This document shows, one piece after another, positions 18,791-29,834 of a DNA stretch of 64,000 bases. A program made the position numbers and the translations under genes. The notes below the pieces were generated by a model. The model was not told the DNA's origin and did not search any database. It was given only the letters and a program-made list of their open reading frames with translations. The stretch comes from Phycisphaeraceae bacterium (lineage in GTDB: Bacteria; Planctomycetota; Phycisphaerae; Phycisphaerales; Phycisphaeraceae), in assembly GCA_963674705.1 (NCBI GenBank), contig OY771506.1, positions 2,528,001-2,592,000 on the forward strand. Reading direction: 5' to 3'. Position 1 is the stretch's first letter, and each line of letters starts with the position of its first letter.

Positions 18791-20638
18791 ATGGAACTTC
18801 CTCGACGTGAACGGGGCGATGAATTGCTCGCACCCGGTGCGATGACAATGCTCCGCCAACGATTAAGGGCCGTGGCGCCACGTCACGACCTTGTTACGGT
18901 TGCGGCATGTGCGTTCGATCACAGGACGCGGATGTTGCCTTTTATTTTTGCAGATACCCGGATGGCGCCTGCGGGCATCCGTGAGATCGGTTCGGCCCTG
19001 GTGGATAGCGGGTTCGAGAAGACCCGCCTTGTCCTGCAGCAGTGGAACCGCCGGTTCAGCCCGTCGCAGATGCGGTTGGACGGGCGGATCCCCGATATGT
19101 TCCTGGTTTCCAGCATGGGCATGCATGAGGCGGCGTGTAAGGCGCTGGTGCGAGATGCCCGGAAGATCGATCCCGCGCATCGGCCGTTGATTATCGTCGG
19201 CGGATCGCACGCGGTGTACGAACCTTTCAAAGTGTTCAGTGCAGACCCTGAAGACCCGGCGGGGCCCGATGTGGTCGTGACGGGTGAGGTTTTTGTATTC
19301 CTGAGTCTGCTCGAAGCAATCCTGTCGTTGCGCGCGGACGGTGAACCGATGCGTTCCGCCTTCGTGCGGGCTCGCGACTCGGGTGCACTGGATGAGATCC
19401 CCGGGCTGGTTTATCCGCTTGGTGCGCGTGACGGTGTGGCTGAAAAGCTTATCGACACCGGCACACAAAGATTGCTTGGCGACCTGGACGAGTTGTCGCA
19501 TCCGGTAATCGGTTACAGCATATTGGAGGCCCCTAGCCGAGGAACAACGCTTGCGCCCAAGGCGCTGCCGGCTAATCGCATCAGGCGCTACAGCCCGATC
19601 AGTTCAATTGTTATGACGTTCGGCTGCAAGTTCGCCTGCCCGTATTGCCCGATCCCGGCTTACAACCAGCGGCAGAACCGTATGAAGAGCCCACAGCGGA
19701 TCGCGGACGAGATGGTCCAGCTCGGTGATAAGTACGGTATCAGGTACTACTTCGGCACGGACGACAACTTCTTCAATGACCATAACAGGGCGCTGGCGAT
19801 TGCCGAAACACTGGCGAGTTCAAAGGTTGATGGTCAGTACCTGAAGAAACGCGTGCGCTGGGGCACGGAAGTGACGGTTCATGACACGCTGAAGATGAAG
19901 GACCATCTGTCGCTGATGCGCAACGCCGGCTGCCGCGGGCTTTGGCTCGGTGTTGAAGACATGACCGCCACGCTTGTGAAGAAGGGGCAAAGCGCGGACA
20001 AGACCACCGAGGCATTTCAGCGTCTGCGCGCCGCGGGGATCTGCCCGAATCCCATGATGATGCATCATGACTCACAACCGCTGTTTTCACGCAAGGGGAA
20101 CTACGGCCTGCTCAACCAGGTCAAGCAGCTACGCAAAGCGGGCGCTGTCACGCTTCAGGTACTCATGCTGGTCCCTGCGCCGGGCACGAAGCTCTACCAC
20201 GAGACGTTCAACTCCGGGCAGGTGTTCGACGAGGTCGGGGGCAGGCGTGTTGATCCTTACATGCATGACGGTAATTATGTGATCGCCTCGCACCACAAGC
20301 GGCCTTGGATCAAGCAGTTGAACATCCTGACCAGTTACGCGTACTTCTACAACCCGTGGTGGGCGGCAGTCACATTCTTCCGCAAGACCAACGTTGGCGG
20401 AAAGCCGTTCAACGCCCAGATATTCGGGATGCTGGGTAATACGCAGAACATCCGCCGCACCTTTGGCTGGGCGATCCGGCTGATGTTCTGCAAGATCAAA
20501 AGGCATACAAAGCCACCGACCAGCGCGATCCCGATGAAGAGCGTGGAGGGGACCAAATCCATCCACACCATGCCGACGGTGACGATCACGATCGATCAGG
20601 AAAGGAAGCCAGCGAAGGCAGTGAGTGTCGCGTCGTAG
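18791..20638 (+). CDS. B12-binding-domain-type radical SAM protein
   Basis: IIVGGSHA, GCKFACPYCP, FGTDDNFF, PAPGTKLY. Confidence 0.85.
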   Translation: MELPRRERGDELLAPGAMTMLRQRLRAVAPRHDLVTVAACAFDHRTRMLPFIFADTRMAPAGIREIGSALVDSGFEKTRLVLQQWNRRFSPSQMRLDGRIPDMFLVSSMGMHEAACKALVRDARKIDPAHRPLIIVGGSHAVYEPFKVFSADPEDPAGPDVVVTGEVFVFLSLLEAILSLRADGEPMRSAFVRARDSGALDEIPGLVYPLGARDGVAEKLIDTGTQRLLGDLDELSHPVIGYSILEAPSRGTTLAPKALPANRIRRYSPISSIVMTFGCKFACPYCPIPAYNQRQNRMKSPQRIADEMVQLGDKYGIRYYFGTDDNFFNDHNRALAIAETLASSKVDGQYLKKRVRWGTEVTVHDTLKMKDHLSLMRNAGCRGLWLGVEDMTATLVKKGQSADKTTEAFQRLRAAGICPNPMMMHHDSQPLFSRKGNYGLLNQVKQLRKAGAVTLQVLMLVPAPGTKLYHETFNSGQVFDEVGGRRVDPYMHDGNYVIASHHKRPWIKQLNILTSYAYFYNPWWAAVTFFRKTNVGGKPFNAQIFGMLGNTQNIRRTFGWAIRLMFCKIKRHTKPPTSAIPMKSVEGTKSIHTMPTVTITIDQERKPAKAVSVAS

Positions 20639-20639
20639 G

Positions 20640-20866
20640 GGGGAAGCAGGAAACGCAGGAAATTTAGAAAGCAGAAAATAAGATTTCCCGATACCCGATA
20701 CCCGATACCCGATACCCGGGAAGAAGCCCGGCCCTTCGCTGCGCTCAGAACCGGCGTTGGGGGGAGGGGAGCCACTAGCCTTTAGCAATTAGCCATTAAC
20801 ACAAATCCCAAATCATCAATCCCAAATCATAAATACAATTCCCTACACCCCACACCCTATCCCACG
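20640..20866. repeat. Mosaic of short tandem repeats between convergent genes
   Basis: GGAAAGCA-like tract; (CCCGATA)x4 at 20687-20714; (AGCnnnT)x4 at 20770-20797; (AAATCCC/AAATCAT)x4 at 20803-20830; CCCTACA-like x3. Confidence 0.8.
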
Positions 20867-20868
20867 AA

Positions 20869-21516
20869 TCATCGACGACGCAGTAGCGCCAAGCTGCTGA
20901 GGCTGATCAGCGTCATTGTGCCTGGTTCCGGCCAAAGATATATCTGTGATGATGCTGAGTTCTGTGCGATCCAGTTATTGCCGCCGTCCACGCTTAACTC
21001 CGTGAATACATCGAAGAAGCTGTCGATAAAGTACCACCCGCCGCCCGAGTCGGCGATATACATGGTTCCCTGAGAGGATGCGGTTGGACTTTCCCGCAAC
21101 ACGATCGGGTTGGAACCGGCCAGGCCCGTCAGGCTCATCGATACGATTTCAGTATCAAACGTACCTGTGGTATTGCCAACCTTGTCTCGTGCAATGACCT
21201 CCATCACACCGTTTAATAGCAATGGGCTGACACCCATGCCGCAGTCGTATTCTCCCGTCAGGCTGACCGAGACGACGTTATGTTCGTCAGGGCCGATTGA
21301 TGACTTCACAACGTCGTCGCCTGTGGTTAGATCAAGGTCAGTAAAAACACACCATGAACTACCGATGTCATACGACATCGGTGTGACCATATACTCCGCA
21401 AGCCTGACGTATCCATCCGGGTACGGCGTCATAAGCGGGCTATAGGCCAATACGCACGAGCCAGACAGCATGAGAACCGCAGTCGCGATCGAGACGATAA
21501 AGCACTTGTGGTACAT
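20869..21516 (-). CDS. PEP-CTERM sorting domain protein
   Basis: RBS AGGAGG; signal peptide; C-terminal WPEPGTMTLISLSSLALLRRR. Confidence 0.85.
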   Translation of the reverse strand: MYHKCFIVSIATAVLMLSGSCVLAYSPLMTPYPDGYVRLAEYMVTPMSYDIGSSWCVFTDLDLTTGDDVVKSSIGPDEHNVVSVSLTGEYDCGMGVSPLLLNGVMEVIARDKVGNTTGTFDTEIVSMSLTGLAGSNPIVLRESPTASSQGTMYIADSGGGWYFIDSFFDVFTELSVDGGNNWIAQNSASSQIYLWPEPGTMTLISLSSLALLRRR

Positions 21517-22012
21517 GATGCCCCTCCTGTTCTTGACGGACCCGGGGATCGAACGCGACCGCCGCGGAATCCATCCGGGTTCTTCGATTGACAACGCCGT
21601 TTTGCGCAGGCGCGGTTGCGCTCGTTTATCACGGTGTCTTAACGTGTCAGCATCGACCTGCTGCTCCTGAAGCAGATAACGACGTTGGTATGCCAACAGT
21701 CGTTAGCGGGGGGGATCGGGATTGAGAAGTGCTGTTTCTCCCTCCGCCTGATCGACTATATCCCCGAGGGCATTAGATCACAAGTTAAATGCAACTTTTT
21801 ATGTGCTGCCGGATTTGTCGGGCGGGGCCAGCCATCCGGCACTATCACACGACATGTATTGACGTTATCATGTTCTTGACTTCGTGTACGGACCCCCATG
21901 TGGGGCCGGGACCGCTTGGGGATTTATAGAAACCCGCCCGGCGACATGATTTATAACACGTTTCACGCCGCGTCTCGCGTCGGCGTGTGTTGTTACACGG
22001 AGTCGTTTGTCT

Positions 22013-23476
22013 ATGGCAGGGTCAATTACACCGCTTCCGGTGATGCTTGAAGAGGAAGAGGATCGCAAGGCTTACGCGGCGCTGGAGCCGCCGAAGTCGA
22101 TCGTGGTGCGCTACGGGTATCAGAAACTCGTCGCGGAGCTTTCCTACAGCGGCGATGACAAACCCGGCTGCGGATCGAAGATGGTGATCCGCACGCGGCG
22201 GGGCACTGAGCTGGCGGAGATGCTCACGACGACCTGCCCGAACTCGGGCTGTTCCAAGAGCGTCTCCCGAAAGGACATGCTCGACTACATCGAGAACTCC
22301 GGCGGGAAGGACTTCCCGTTTACCGACCAGGGCAAGATTCTGCGCGTCGCCGAGGTGGCGGACCTGAACGAGCAGGCCCGGCTCGACGGGAAGAAGCCCG
22401 AGGTGCTCCGGCTGACCAAGCAGTTCGTGAAGGAACTCGAGCTTGAGATGAAGCCGATCGAGGCTGAGCTTTTACTGGGCGGCGAGCGGATCATCATTTA
22501 TTACAACGCGGAGAACTGGGTCGACTTCCGGGAATTGGTCAAGAAACTCGCGGCCGAGCTTCAGACGCGGATCGAGATGCACCAGGTCAACGACCGCGAA
22601 GAGGCCCGGCTGGTTGCCGACTATGAGCGTTGCGGACAGTACTGCTGCTGCAAGAACTTCCTGAAAGTGCTCAAGCCGGTATCGATGCGTTCGGCAAAGG
22701 TGCAGAAAGCGACGCTCGACCCGCAGAAGATCTCCGGGCGCTGCGGCCGACTCATGTGCTGCCTGCGCTATGAAGATAAGACGTATGAAGAGCTGCGCAA
22801 GAAGCTGCCGCATCGTAAGACACTCGTCGAGACGGAAGACGGCATCGGCCTAGTGTTGAGTTCGCAGATCCTGACGCAGCTTGTCCTGGTCAAGATCGCC
22901 ACAAGTCCGCCTGCGGCGTACCCGCTTGAGAATATCCGCGTATTGAACAAGGAAGAGTGCGCCGAGTTCCGCAAACAGGAGCAGGAACGGGCCGAGCAAG
23001 CGGAGAAGAAAGCTTTTGCACGTCGCTCGTCCTCCGGCAGAAGTCGCGACGAGGAAAGCGACAAGCCGAAGGAAGAAACCGCGCCGCTCGAAGAGGAATC
23101 CGTTATCGAAACAGATGACAACGTAGAAACCACGGACGATCAGCCGAAGAAGAAACGCCGCCGTCGCCGCAACCGCAACAAGAAGAATCAGGACGATCAG
23201 AACAACCAGGGCGGCGAAGGTGGTGGCTACACCAACGATAACCAGGCATCACAGCAGCCGGGCGAGCAATCGCTACAACAACAAGACACCGACAGCGACC
23301 AATCGCAAAACGGCGGTGACGGTGAAAGTAACGGCGAAGGCAAATCCAAACGCCGCCGACGCAGGCGCAGAAGAAAGCGCAAGTCCGGCGGGGGCGAGCA
23401 GGGGCAGGGGGGGAATGACGGCGGCGATGGGGGTAATGGTGGTGGATCGGATGATGGTGCGCCGGCGGAAGAGTGA
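22013..23476 (+). CDS. PSP1-domain (RicT/YaaT-like) Fe-S protein with long disordered C-terminal tail
   Basis: VDFRELVKKLA...RIEM, CGQYCCC, KISGRCGRLMCCLRYE signature. Confidence 0.88.
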   Translation: MAGSITPLPVMLEEEEDRKAYAALEPPKSIVVRYGYQKLVAELSYSGDDKPGCGSKMVIRTRRGTELAEMLTTTCPNSGCSKSVSRKDMLDYIENSGGKDFPFTDQGKILRVAEVADLNEQARLDGKKPEVLRLTKQFVKELELEMKPIEAELLLGGERIIIYYNAENWVDFRELVKKLAAELQTRIEMHQVNDREEARLVADYERCGQYCCCKNFLKVLKPVSMRSAKVQKATLDPQKISGRCGRLMCCLRYEDKTYEELRKKLPHRKTLVETEDGIGLVLSSQILTQLVLVKIATSPPAAYPLENIRVLNKEECAEFRKQEQERAEQAEKKAFARRSSSGRSRDEESDKPKEETAPLEEESVIETDDNVETTDDQPKKKRRRRRNRNKKNQDDQNNQGGEGGGYTNDNQASQQPGEQSLQQQDTDSDQSQNGGDGESNGEGKSKRRRRRRRRKRKSGGGEQGQGGNDGGDGGNGGGSDDGAPAEE

Positions 23477-23583
23477 TATCCAGTTGTTTTTAAGTTTTCT
23501 CGTTGCGCCTCTGTCACTTTGTGTTCAAAAAACCAGAAATGCACTATCTGGCGTTTATATTGGGGTGGTATAATCGCAATAGC

Positions 23584-24237
23584 ATGCAGAATAAAGAACA
23601 GGCTATTATATCGTGTAATATGCTTGCAGGCTTAGTTACTGTTCCATGTATTTTCCTGTTTATTCCGTACTGCTTACATCCAATATTAGAGATATACACC
23701 AACTCGACATTCTCAATCAGTGTTGTTACGGATACGATCTTTTCAGCTTGTTCAATCTTGGTTGGTTGCATCTTCTGTGCCGGCATCTTTTTTGCCATAC
23801 GTAGTGCACTCACTTTTGCGATTGTTAAAAAAAGAATGCATGAAGCAATCGTCGGCAATCGATGTTTGCCTAAAAATTTCATTCGTGTTCTGGTGGTAGT
23901 AGCAACGATGTCCTTCGTGTTCTTTTGGATATTGGGATGGCGATCCATCAGGCCGTATGGTGATTGGCCTCGAGGTTTTCCAGATCCCGACGGATTCTTG
24001 ATATGGTTGGAACGCACAATTGATCATGCACGCCCTGCAGGCCCTGGGCGTATCAAAATCGAAGGTGAATGGCCAATCATCCGTTACTCGATCGGATTGG
24101 GCAATCTTATATCTTTGAGCATGATGATTGGAGGGATGCTTTTACTGAATTGGAGCAGATTGGTCCGGTGCATATGGAAGATTCAGAACTCCCGCAAGGA
24201 AGCTTTGGCTACGAAATGCAAATCCCAGTCGTTTTAA
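23584..24237 (+). CDS. Hypothetical membrane protein, AT-rich
   Basis: About four hydrophobic segments; lower GC than flanking genes. Confidence 0.5.
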   Translation: MQNKEQAIISCNMLAGLVTVPCIFLFIPYCLHPILEIYTNSTFSISVVTDTIFSACSILVGCIFCAGIFFAIRSALTFAIVKKRMHEAIVGNRCLPKNFIRVLVVVATMSFVFFWILGWRSIRPYGDWPRGFPDPDGFLIWLERTIDHARPAGPGRIKIEGEWPIIRYSIGLGNLISLSMMIGGMLLLNWSRLVRCIWKIQNSRKEALATKCKSQSF

Positions 24238-24310
24238 ACAGCAAGTATTGTGAAATTGGGGTGGTGAAAGATATTGTGAGAAATAATCTTGTCGTTGATT
24301 ACATAATCCA

Positions 24311-24350
24311 CCCGGCCCTCACCCTTGCCCTCTCCCGCGGGGAGAGGGGA
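24311..24350 (+). repeat. CCCTCACCC..GGGAGAGGG-family REP-like element
   Basis: CCCGGCCCTCACCCTTGCCCTCTCCCGCGGGGAGAGGGGA with a CCCTCTCCC/GGGAGAGGG stem. Confidence 0.75.
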
Positions 24351-24412
24351 TATGTGCAGGTTGTTACTTTGCGTGTTGTGAAGTGCGGGGCGCGTAAGGT
24401 ATGACAAGACAA

Positions 24413-24435
24413 CCCGACCAGGATGGTCGGGCTAT
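24413..24435 (-). repeat. GTAG-like REP palindrome or bidirectional terminator
   Basis: Reverse complement ATAG-CCCGACCA-TCC-TGGTCGGG. Confidence 0.55.
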
Positions 24436-24441
24436 ATGGGG

Positions 24442-25413
24442 TTAGTTGACGGGGATGTTGGCGTCTTCGGGGGTGCGGTCGAAGGGGTCTTCGATCAGGG
24501 AGATGACCATGAGCATCTGGGTGGGTTGGCCGGCGCGGATGCCGGTCATGAGGGATTTGCCTAAACCTTCGGGGACCGGTGGGATTCTTTTGTCGACGAC
24601 TTTGAATTCGGGTTTTTCCGGTTCACTCGATTCTGATTCGGTTTCGCTTACCGCTGTATTCTTCTCCGCGTCCTCTGCGGCCTCTGCGGTTACAGATGTA
24701 TCTTGTTCCGGCCAGGGGCGGTTGAGGCCGATGATGATGGCGGTGTCGGTGGTGATGGGCAGCAGCGCGGACAGTTCGCGGAAGACGCGGCCGTCGAGTT
24801 GTTTTTCCAGGGGGCTGCGCGGGATCAGGTCGGTTTTTTGTTTGTAGTGGTGGGGTGTGAGTTCGACGAAGGCGAGGCCTGTTTCGGATCGGCCGATGCG
24901 GATGAGCAGTTGGAGCCGGCCGTCGATGGCTTTGTATTCGGTGGGGGACTTGGGCGGGACGGTCAGGTCGACCATCACGGGTTCGAGCAGGCGTGGCGTG
25001 CTGCGTGCGGCGGTGGGGTAGTGTGAACTGTAGAGCTTGGCTTGCGATTCGCCATAGATGGGCGGCAGTGCTTTGGCGAAAGCCTCGGCGTTTTCCGCGT
25101 GCAACACGCCGATGCGCAGGCCGTTGGCTTGCCACAGGCCGTGCATGAGTTTGGGGACTTCCAGTTCGTCGACCTGCGCCCAGCAATCATCGAGCGAGAC
25201 GTCCAGGGGCATGTCGAGGCGGTTGATCATCGCGCCGACTTCCTTGTCAACCGTCGGGTCGCCCATAGCCTGGGCAGGTGTCGGGTTCGTGACGATTGGT
25301 TTGGCTTTATTCGCGTTTGGCGAGGTGGTTTCGCAGGACAGGAGGCATGTACACAGTGCTACGGCTAGCAGCGTTGTCAGCAGGCGTCGGGCTGTCCTTG
25401 TGCGATTACTCAT
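24442..25413 (-). CDS. Hypothetical lipoprotein
   Basis: Signal peptide with LLSC lipobox; ATGA overlap with the argD stop codon. Confidence 0.7.
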   Translation of the reverse strand: MSNRTRTARRLLTTLLAVALCTCLLSCETTSPNANKAKPIVTNPTPAQAMGDPTVDKEVGAMINRLDMPLDVSLDDCWAQVDELEVPKLMHGLWQANGLRIGVLHAENAEAFAKALPPIYGESQAKLYSSHYPTAARSTPRLLEPVMVDLTVPPKSPTEYKAIDGRLQLLIRIGRSETGLAFVELTPHHYKQKTDLIPRSPLEKQLDGRVFRELSALLPITTDTAIIIGLNRPWPEQDTSVTAEAAEDAEKNTAVSETESESSEPEKPEFKVVDKRIPPVPEGLGKSLMTGIRAGQPTQMLMVISLIEDPFDRTPEDANIPVN

Positions 25414-26666
25414 CCTTTAAGTACGTCCTCCAGTAAGTCGAGGCCTTCATTGAACAGGTCCTGGTCGATATTCAGAGCCGGTGCGATCCGCAGGACGTTA
25501 GCCTGAACGGCGTTGACCATGACGCCGCTGTTCAGACAGGCCTTGACGACGTCGCCGCCATTAGTGAATCGGCCGTTGTACGCCTGTGTATCCAGTTCAA
25601 CGCCTATGTAGAGGCCTTTACCGCGTACCTGCTTGATAATCGGGTGATTTTGTGCAAATTCATTGAGGCGTTTGGTCGCCATGTCGCCAAGGGTTTTGGC
25701 GCTTTCGATGAGGTTGTCGCGGTCGATGACCTCGAAGACTTTGGCAGTAACAGCCATGGCGATGCAGTTGCCGCCGAGCGTGCTGGCATGGACGGCGTGG
25801 CCGTGCGTGCGCCAGTCGAACAGCTCGGCGAACTTGGGGCTGATGTGCGAGACACCCACGGGCAGCCCGCCGCCGACACCTTTAGCTAGGCTCATAACGT
25901 CAGGCTGAACGTTCCAGTGCTGGTAGCCGAAGTATTTGCCGGTGTGACCGACACCCGTCCAGACTTCATCGAAGATCAGGACCAGGTCGCGCTCATCGCA
26001 CAGGGCGCGGAGGTCGGCGAGGTATGAATCGTCGGGGACATTGACGCCGCCCTCGCCCTGGATCGGTTCGACGAGTACGGCGACGGTTTCATCATCGATC
26101 GCGGCTTTGACCGCGTCGACATCATTGAACTTGACGTGCACATGCCCGGGGCCGAGCGGGCCGAAGCCTTCGTAGACTTTGGGTTGCCCGGTTGCTTCCA
26201 TTGCGCCGAAGCTTCTGCCGTGGAAGCTGCCGAGTGTGGAGATGACTTTGTATCGTCCACCTGTGGTTTTGCCTTTGTTCTTTTGGCCGTAGAGCCTGGC
26301 GAGTTTGAGTGCGGAGACGTTGGCATCTGCGCCGCTGTGGCAGAAGTAGCTGCGCCCTTCGAAGGCGTGTTTGCTGATGGCTTCCGCTGCGCGGGTCTGC
26401 GGCTCGGTGTGGAATAGGTTGCCGACGTGCCAGAGTTTCTGAGCCTGTTCGTGGATAGCGCTGACCAGGTCCGGATGACAATGCCCGAGCACGCCCGCGC
26501 CGAAGCCGGCGAACAGATCGATGTAGCGTTTATTGTTGGCATCGAACAGGAATGAACCTTCGCCACGCACGATCGCGATGGGGAATCGGCCGTAGTTAAT
26601 CGACATGTATTGGTCGTGTCGATCGGTGATCTGTTGTGTCTGCATATCGTTATCGGTAGTGGGCAC
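25410..26666 (-). CDS. argD: Acetylornithine aminotransferase (class III PLP)
   Basis: YIDLFAGFG..LGHCHP, SFHGRS, EPIQGEGGV, IFDEVWTG, PDVMSLAKGVGGG. Confidence 0.88.
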   Translation of the reverse strand: MPTTDNDMQTQQITDRHDQYMSINYGRFPIAIVRGEGSFLFDANNKRYIDLFAGFGAGVLGHCHPDLVSAIHEQAQKLWHVGNLFHTEPQTRAAEAISKHAFEGRSYFCHSGADANVSALKLARLYGQKNKGKTTGGRYKVISTLGSFHGRSFGAMEATGQPKVYEGFGPLGPGHVHVKFNDVDAVKAAIDDETVAVLVEPIQGEGGVNVPDDSYLADLRALCDERDLVLIFDEVWTGVGHTGKYFGYQHWNVQPDVMSLAKGVGGGLPVGVSHISPKFAELFDWRTHGHAVHASTLGGNCIAMAVTAKVFEVIDRDNLIESAKTLGDMATKRLNEFAQNHPIIKQVRGKGLYIGVELDTQAYNGRFTNGGDVVKACLNSGVMVNAVQANVLRIAPALNIDQDLFNEGLDLLEDVLKG

Positions 26667-26790
26667 GTCTGTGTGACTCCTGGTTTGTCGTGCGCGTTGG
26701 GCGTTGGATTTACATGGGAGAGACGACGGCTGAAGCCGTCTCCGCCGATTGTGGTGTGTGTGTATATGTTACCAGTGATGTGGTATGCGC

Positions 26791-26828
26791 AAAAGAGAAC
26801 CCCCGGCTTCGGAGCATGCCGGGGGTTC
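26791..26828 (-). terminator. Intrinsic terminator after the HU gene
   Basis: GAACCCCCGGC...GCCGGGGGTTC stem followed by TCTTTT on the minus strand. Confidence 0.75.
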
Positions 26829-26860
26829 GTTCATTTGCCGTTGTTAGTTAACTCGGCAGA

Positions 26861-27211
26861 TCAGACCATTTCCTTGAGGTTCTTCAGCGGACGGATGCGT
26901 ACCGTCTTGCTGGCGGGCTTGGCCTTGAACATCATCTCTTCGCCGGTGAAGGGGTTGATGCCCTTGCGTGCCTTGGTGGCGGGCTTCTTCTTGACGACCA
27001 TCTTGCACAGGCCGGGCATGTTGAACACGCCGTTGGCCTTGAGGCTCTTCTTGATGATGGGTTCGAGTTCGGCGAAGACGGCGGCGACGTCGCGCTTGGC
27101 CAGATCGGTTTTTTCAGCGATCTGAGCGAAGATTTCGCTCTTGGTCGGAGCCTTGCTTGCGACGGCTTTCTTCTTGGTGGTCTTCTTCTTGGTGGTCTTC
27201 TTCTTAGCCAT
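26861..27211 (-). CDS. HU family histone-like DNA-binding protein with Lys-rich N-terminal extension
   Basis: TKSEIFAQIAEKTDL...ARKGINPFTGEEMMFKAKPASKTVRIRP. Confidence 0.93.
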   Translation of the reverse strand: MAKKKTTKKKTTKKKAVASKAPTKSEIFAQIAEKTDLAKRDVAAVFAELEPIIKKSLKANGVFNMPGLCKMVVKKKPATKARKGINPFTGEEMMFKAKPASKTVRIRPLKNLKEMV

Positions 27212-27492
27212 GGTGCTCTCCTAGCGGTTTGGGGTTGATCTTCCATGATCGATACATGGATCGGAGCCAACCCGTGGTTACTTTCACCCCTGCGGGGTAA
27301 ACGAATTATCGCGATTTTTACGCGGTTTTCTGTACATTTCAACTCGAATACGCCAATTGTGGGTAATTTTTCCCTTATTTTTTAGGGGTTCGCGGTTTTT
27401 AGGGGCCATTTGACAAGGAAATTGAAGGGGTTTGGACACCTTCGTGATTCTCATTTTGCCCGATATGACCGAGCTCATGTGTGACCTTGTCT

Positions 27493-27505
27493 TGCCAATA
27501 TGGCA
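27493..27505. promoter_or_regulatory. Palindrome TGCCA-ATA-TGGCA, candidate enhancer site upstream of dnaK
   Basis: Perfect 5-3-5 inverted repeat about 80 bp upstream of the -24/-12 element. Confidence 0.5.
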
Positions 27506-27586
27506 GTCCTGTCAGGGCGGATTCACCGGCTGGCAGACCATCATGTGAGTAGATGCCCTCAGGACGGTTTGAGCGTGGTTTGGTTC

Positions 27587-27601
27587 TGGCATCGGGTTTG
27601 C
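27587..27601 (+). promoter_or_regulatory. Sigma54 (-24/-12) promoter of dnaK
   Basis: TGGCATCGGGTTTGC: GG-N10-GC matching TGGCAC-N5-TTGC. Confidence 0.7.
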
Positions 27602-27692
27602 GTTTTGTACACCGAGCCCGTCGTATGCCCTGAACGCAGCGACGGTCCTGAGCGGCACGCATGGGCGTGGATGCGAATAAAGCCTGATTTAA

Positions 27693-29648
<1,956 letters not shown>

Positions 29649-29698
29649 CCCCTTAAAAATACTGCGACGCAGTTTCAATATCCCCAATTCCCCACCCG

Positions 29699-29729
29699 AC
29701 CCCGTGGCAAGTTTTCCACGGGGTTTTTT
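29699..29729 (+). terminator. Intrinsic terminator after dnaK
   Basis: ACCCCGTGG...CCACGGGGT followed by a T run. Confidence 0.8.
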
Positions 29730-29755
29730 CAATTCTTACAACAGACCTAAATGTC

Positions 29756-29783
29756 TTGACAACAGTGGTGTACCATCTACACT
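29756..29783 (+). promoter_or_regulatory. Sigma70-type promoter of the hyp/hydrogenase operon with internal palindrome
   Basis: TTGACA-N16-TACACT; TGGTGTACCA at 29766-29775 lies in the spacer. Confidence 0.55.
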
Positions 29784-29834
29784 GCAATCTGTGTTGATGG
29801 ATGAACCCAGGGCCCGTGAAAAGGGGGTGCGGTT

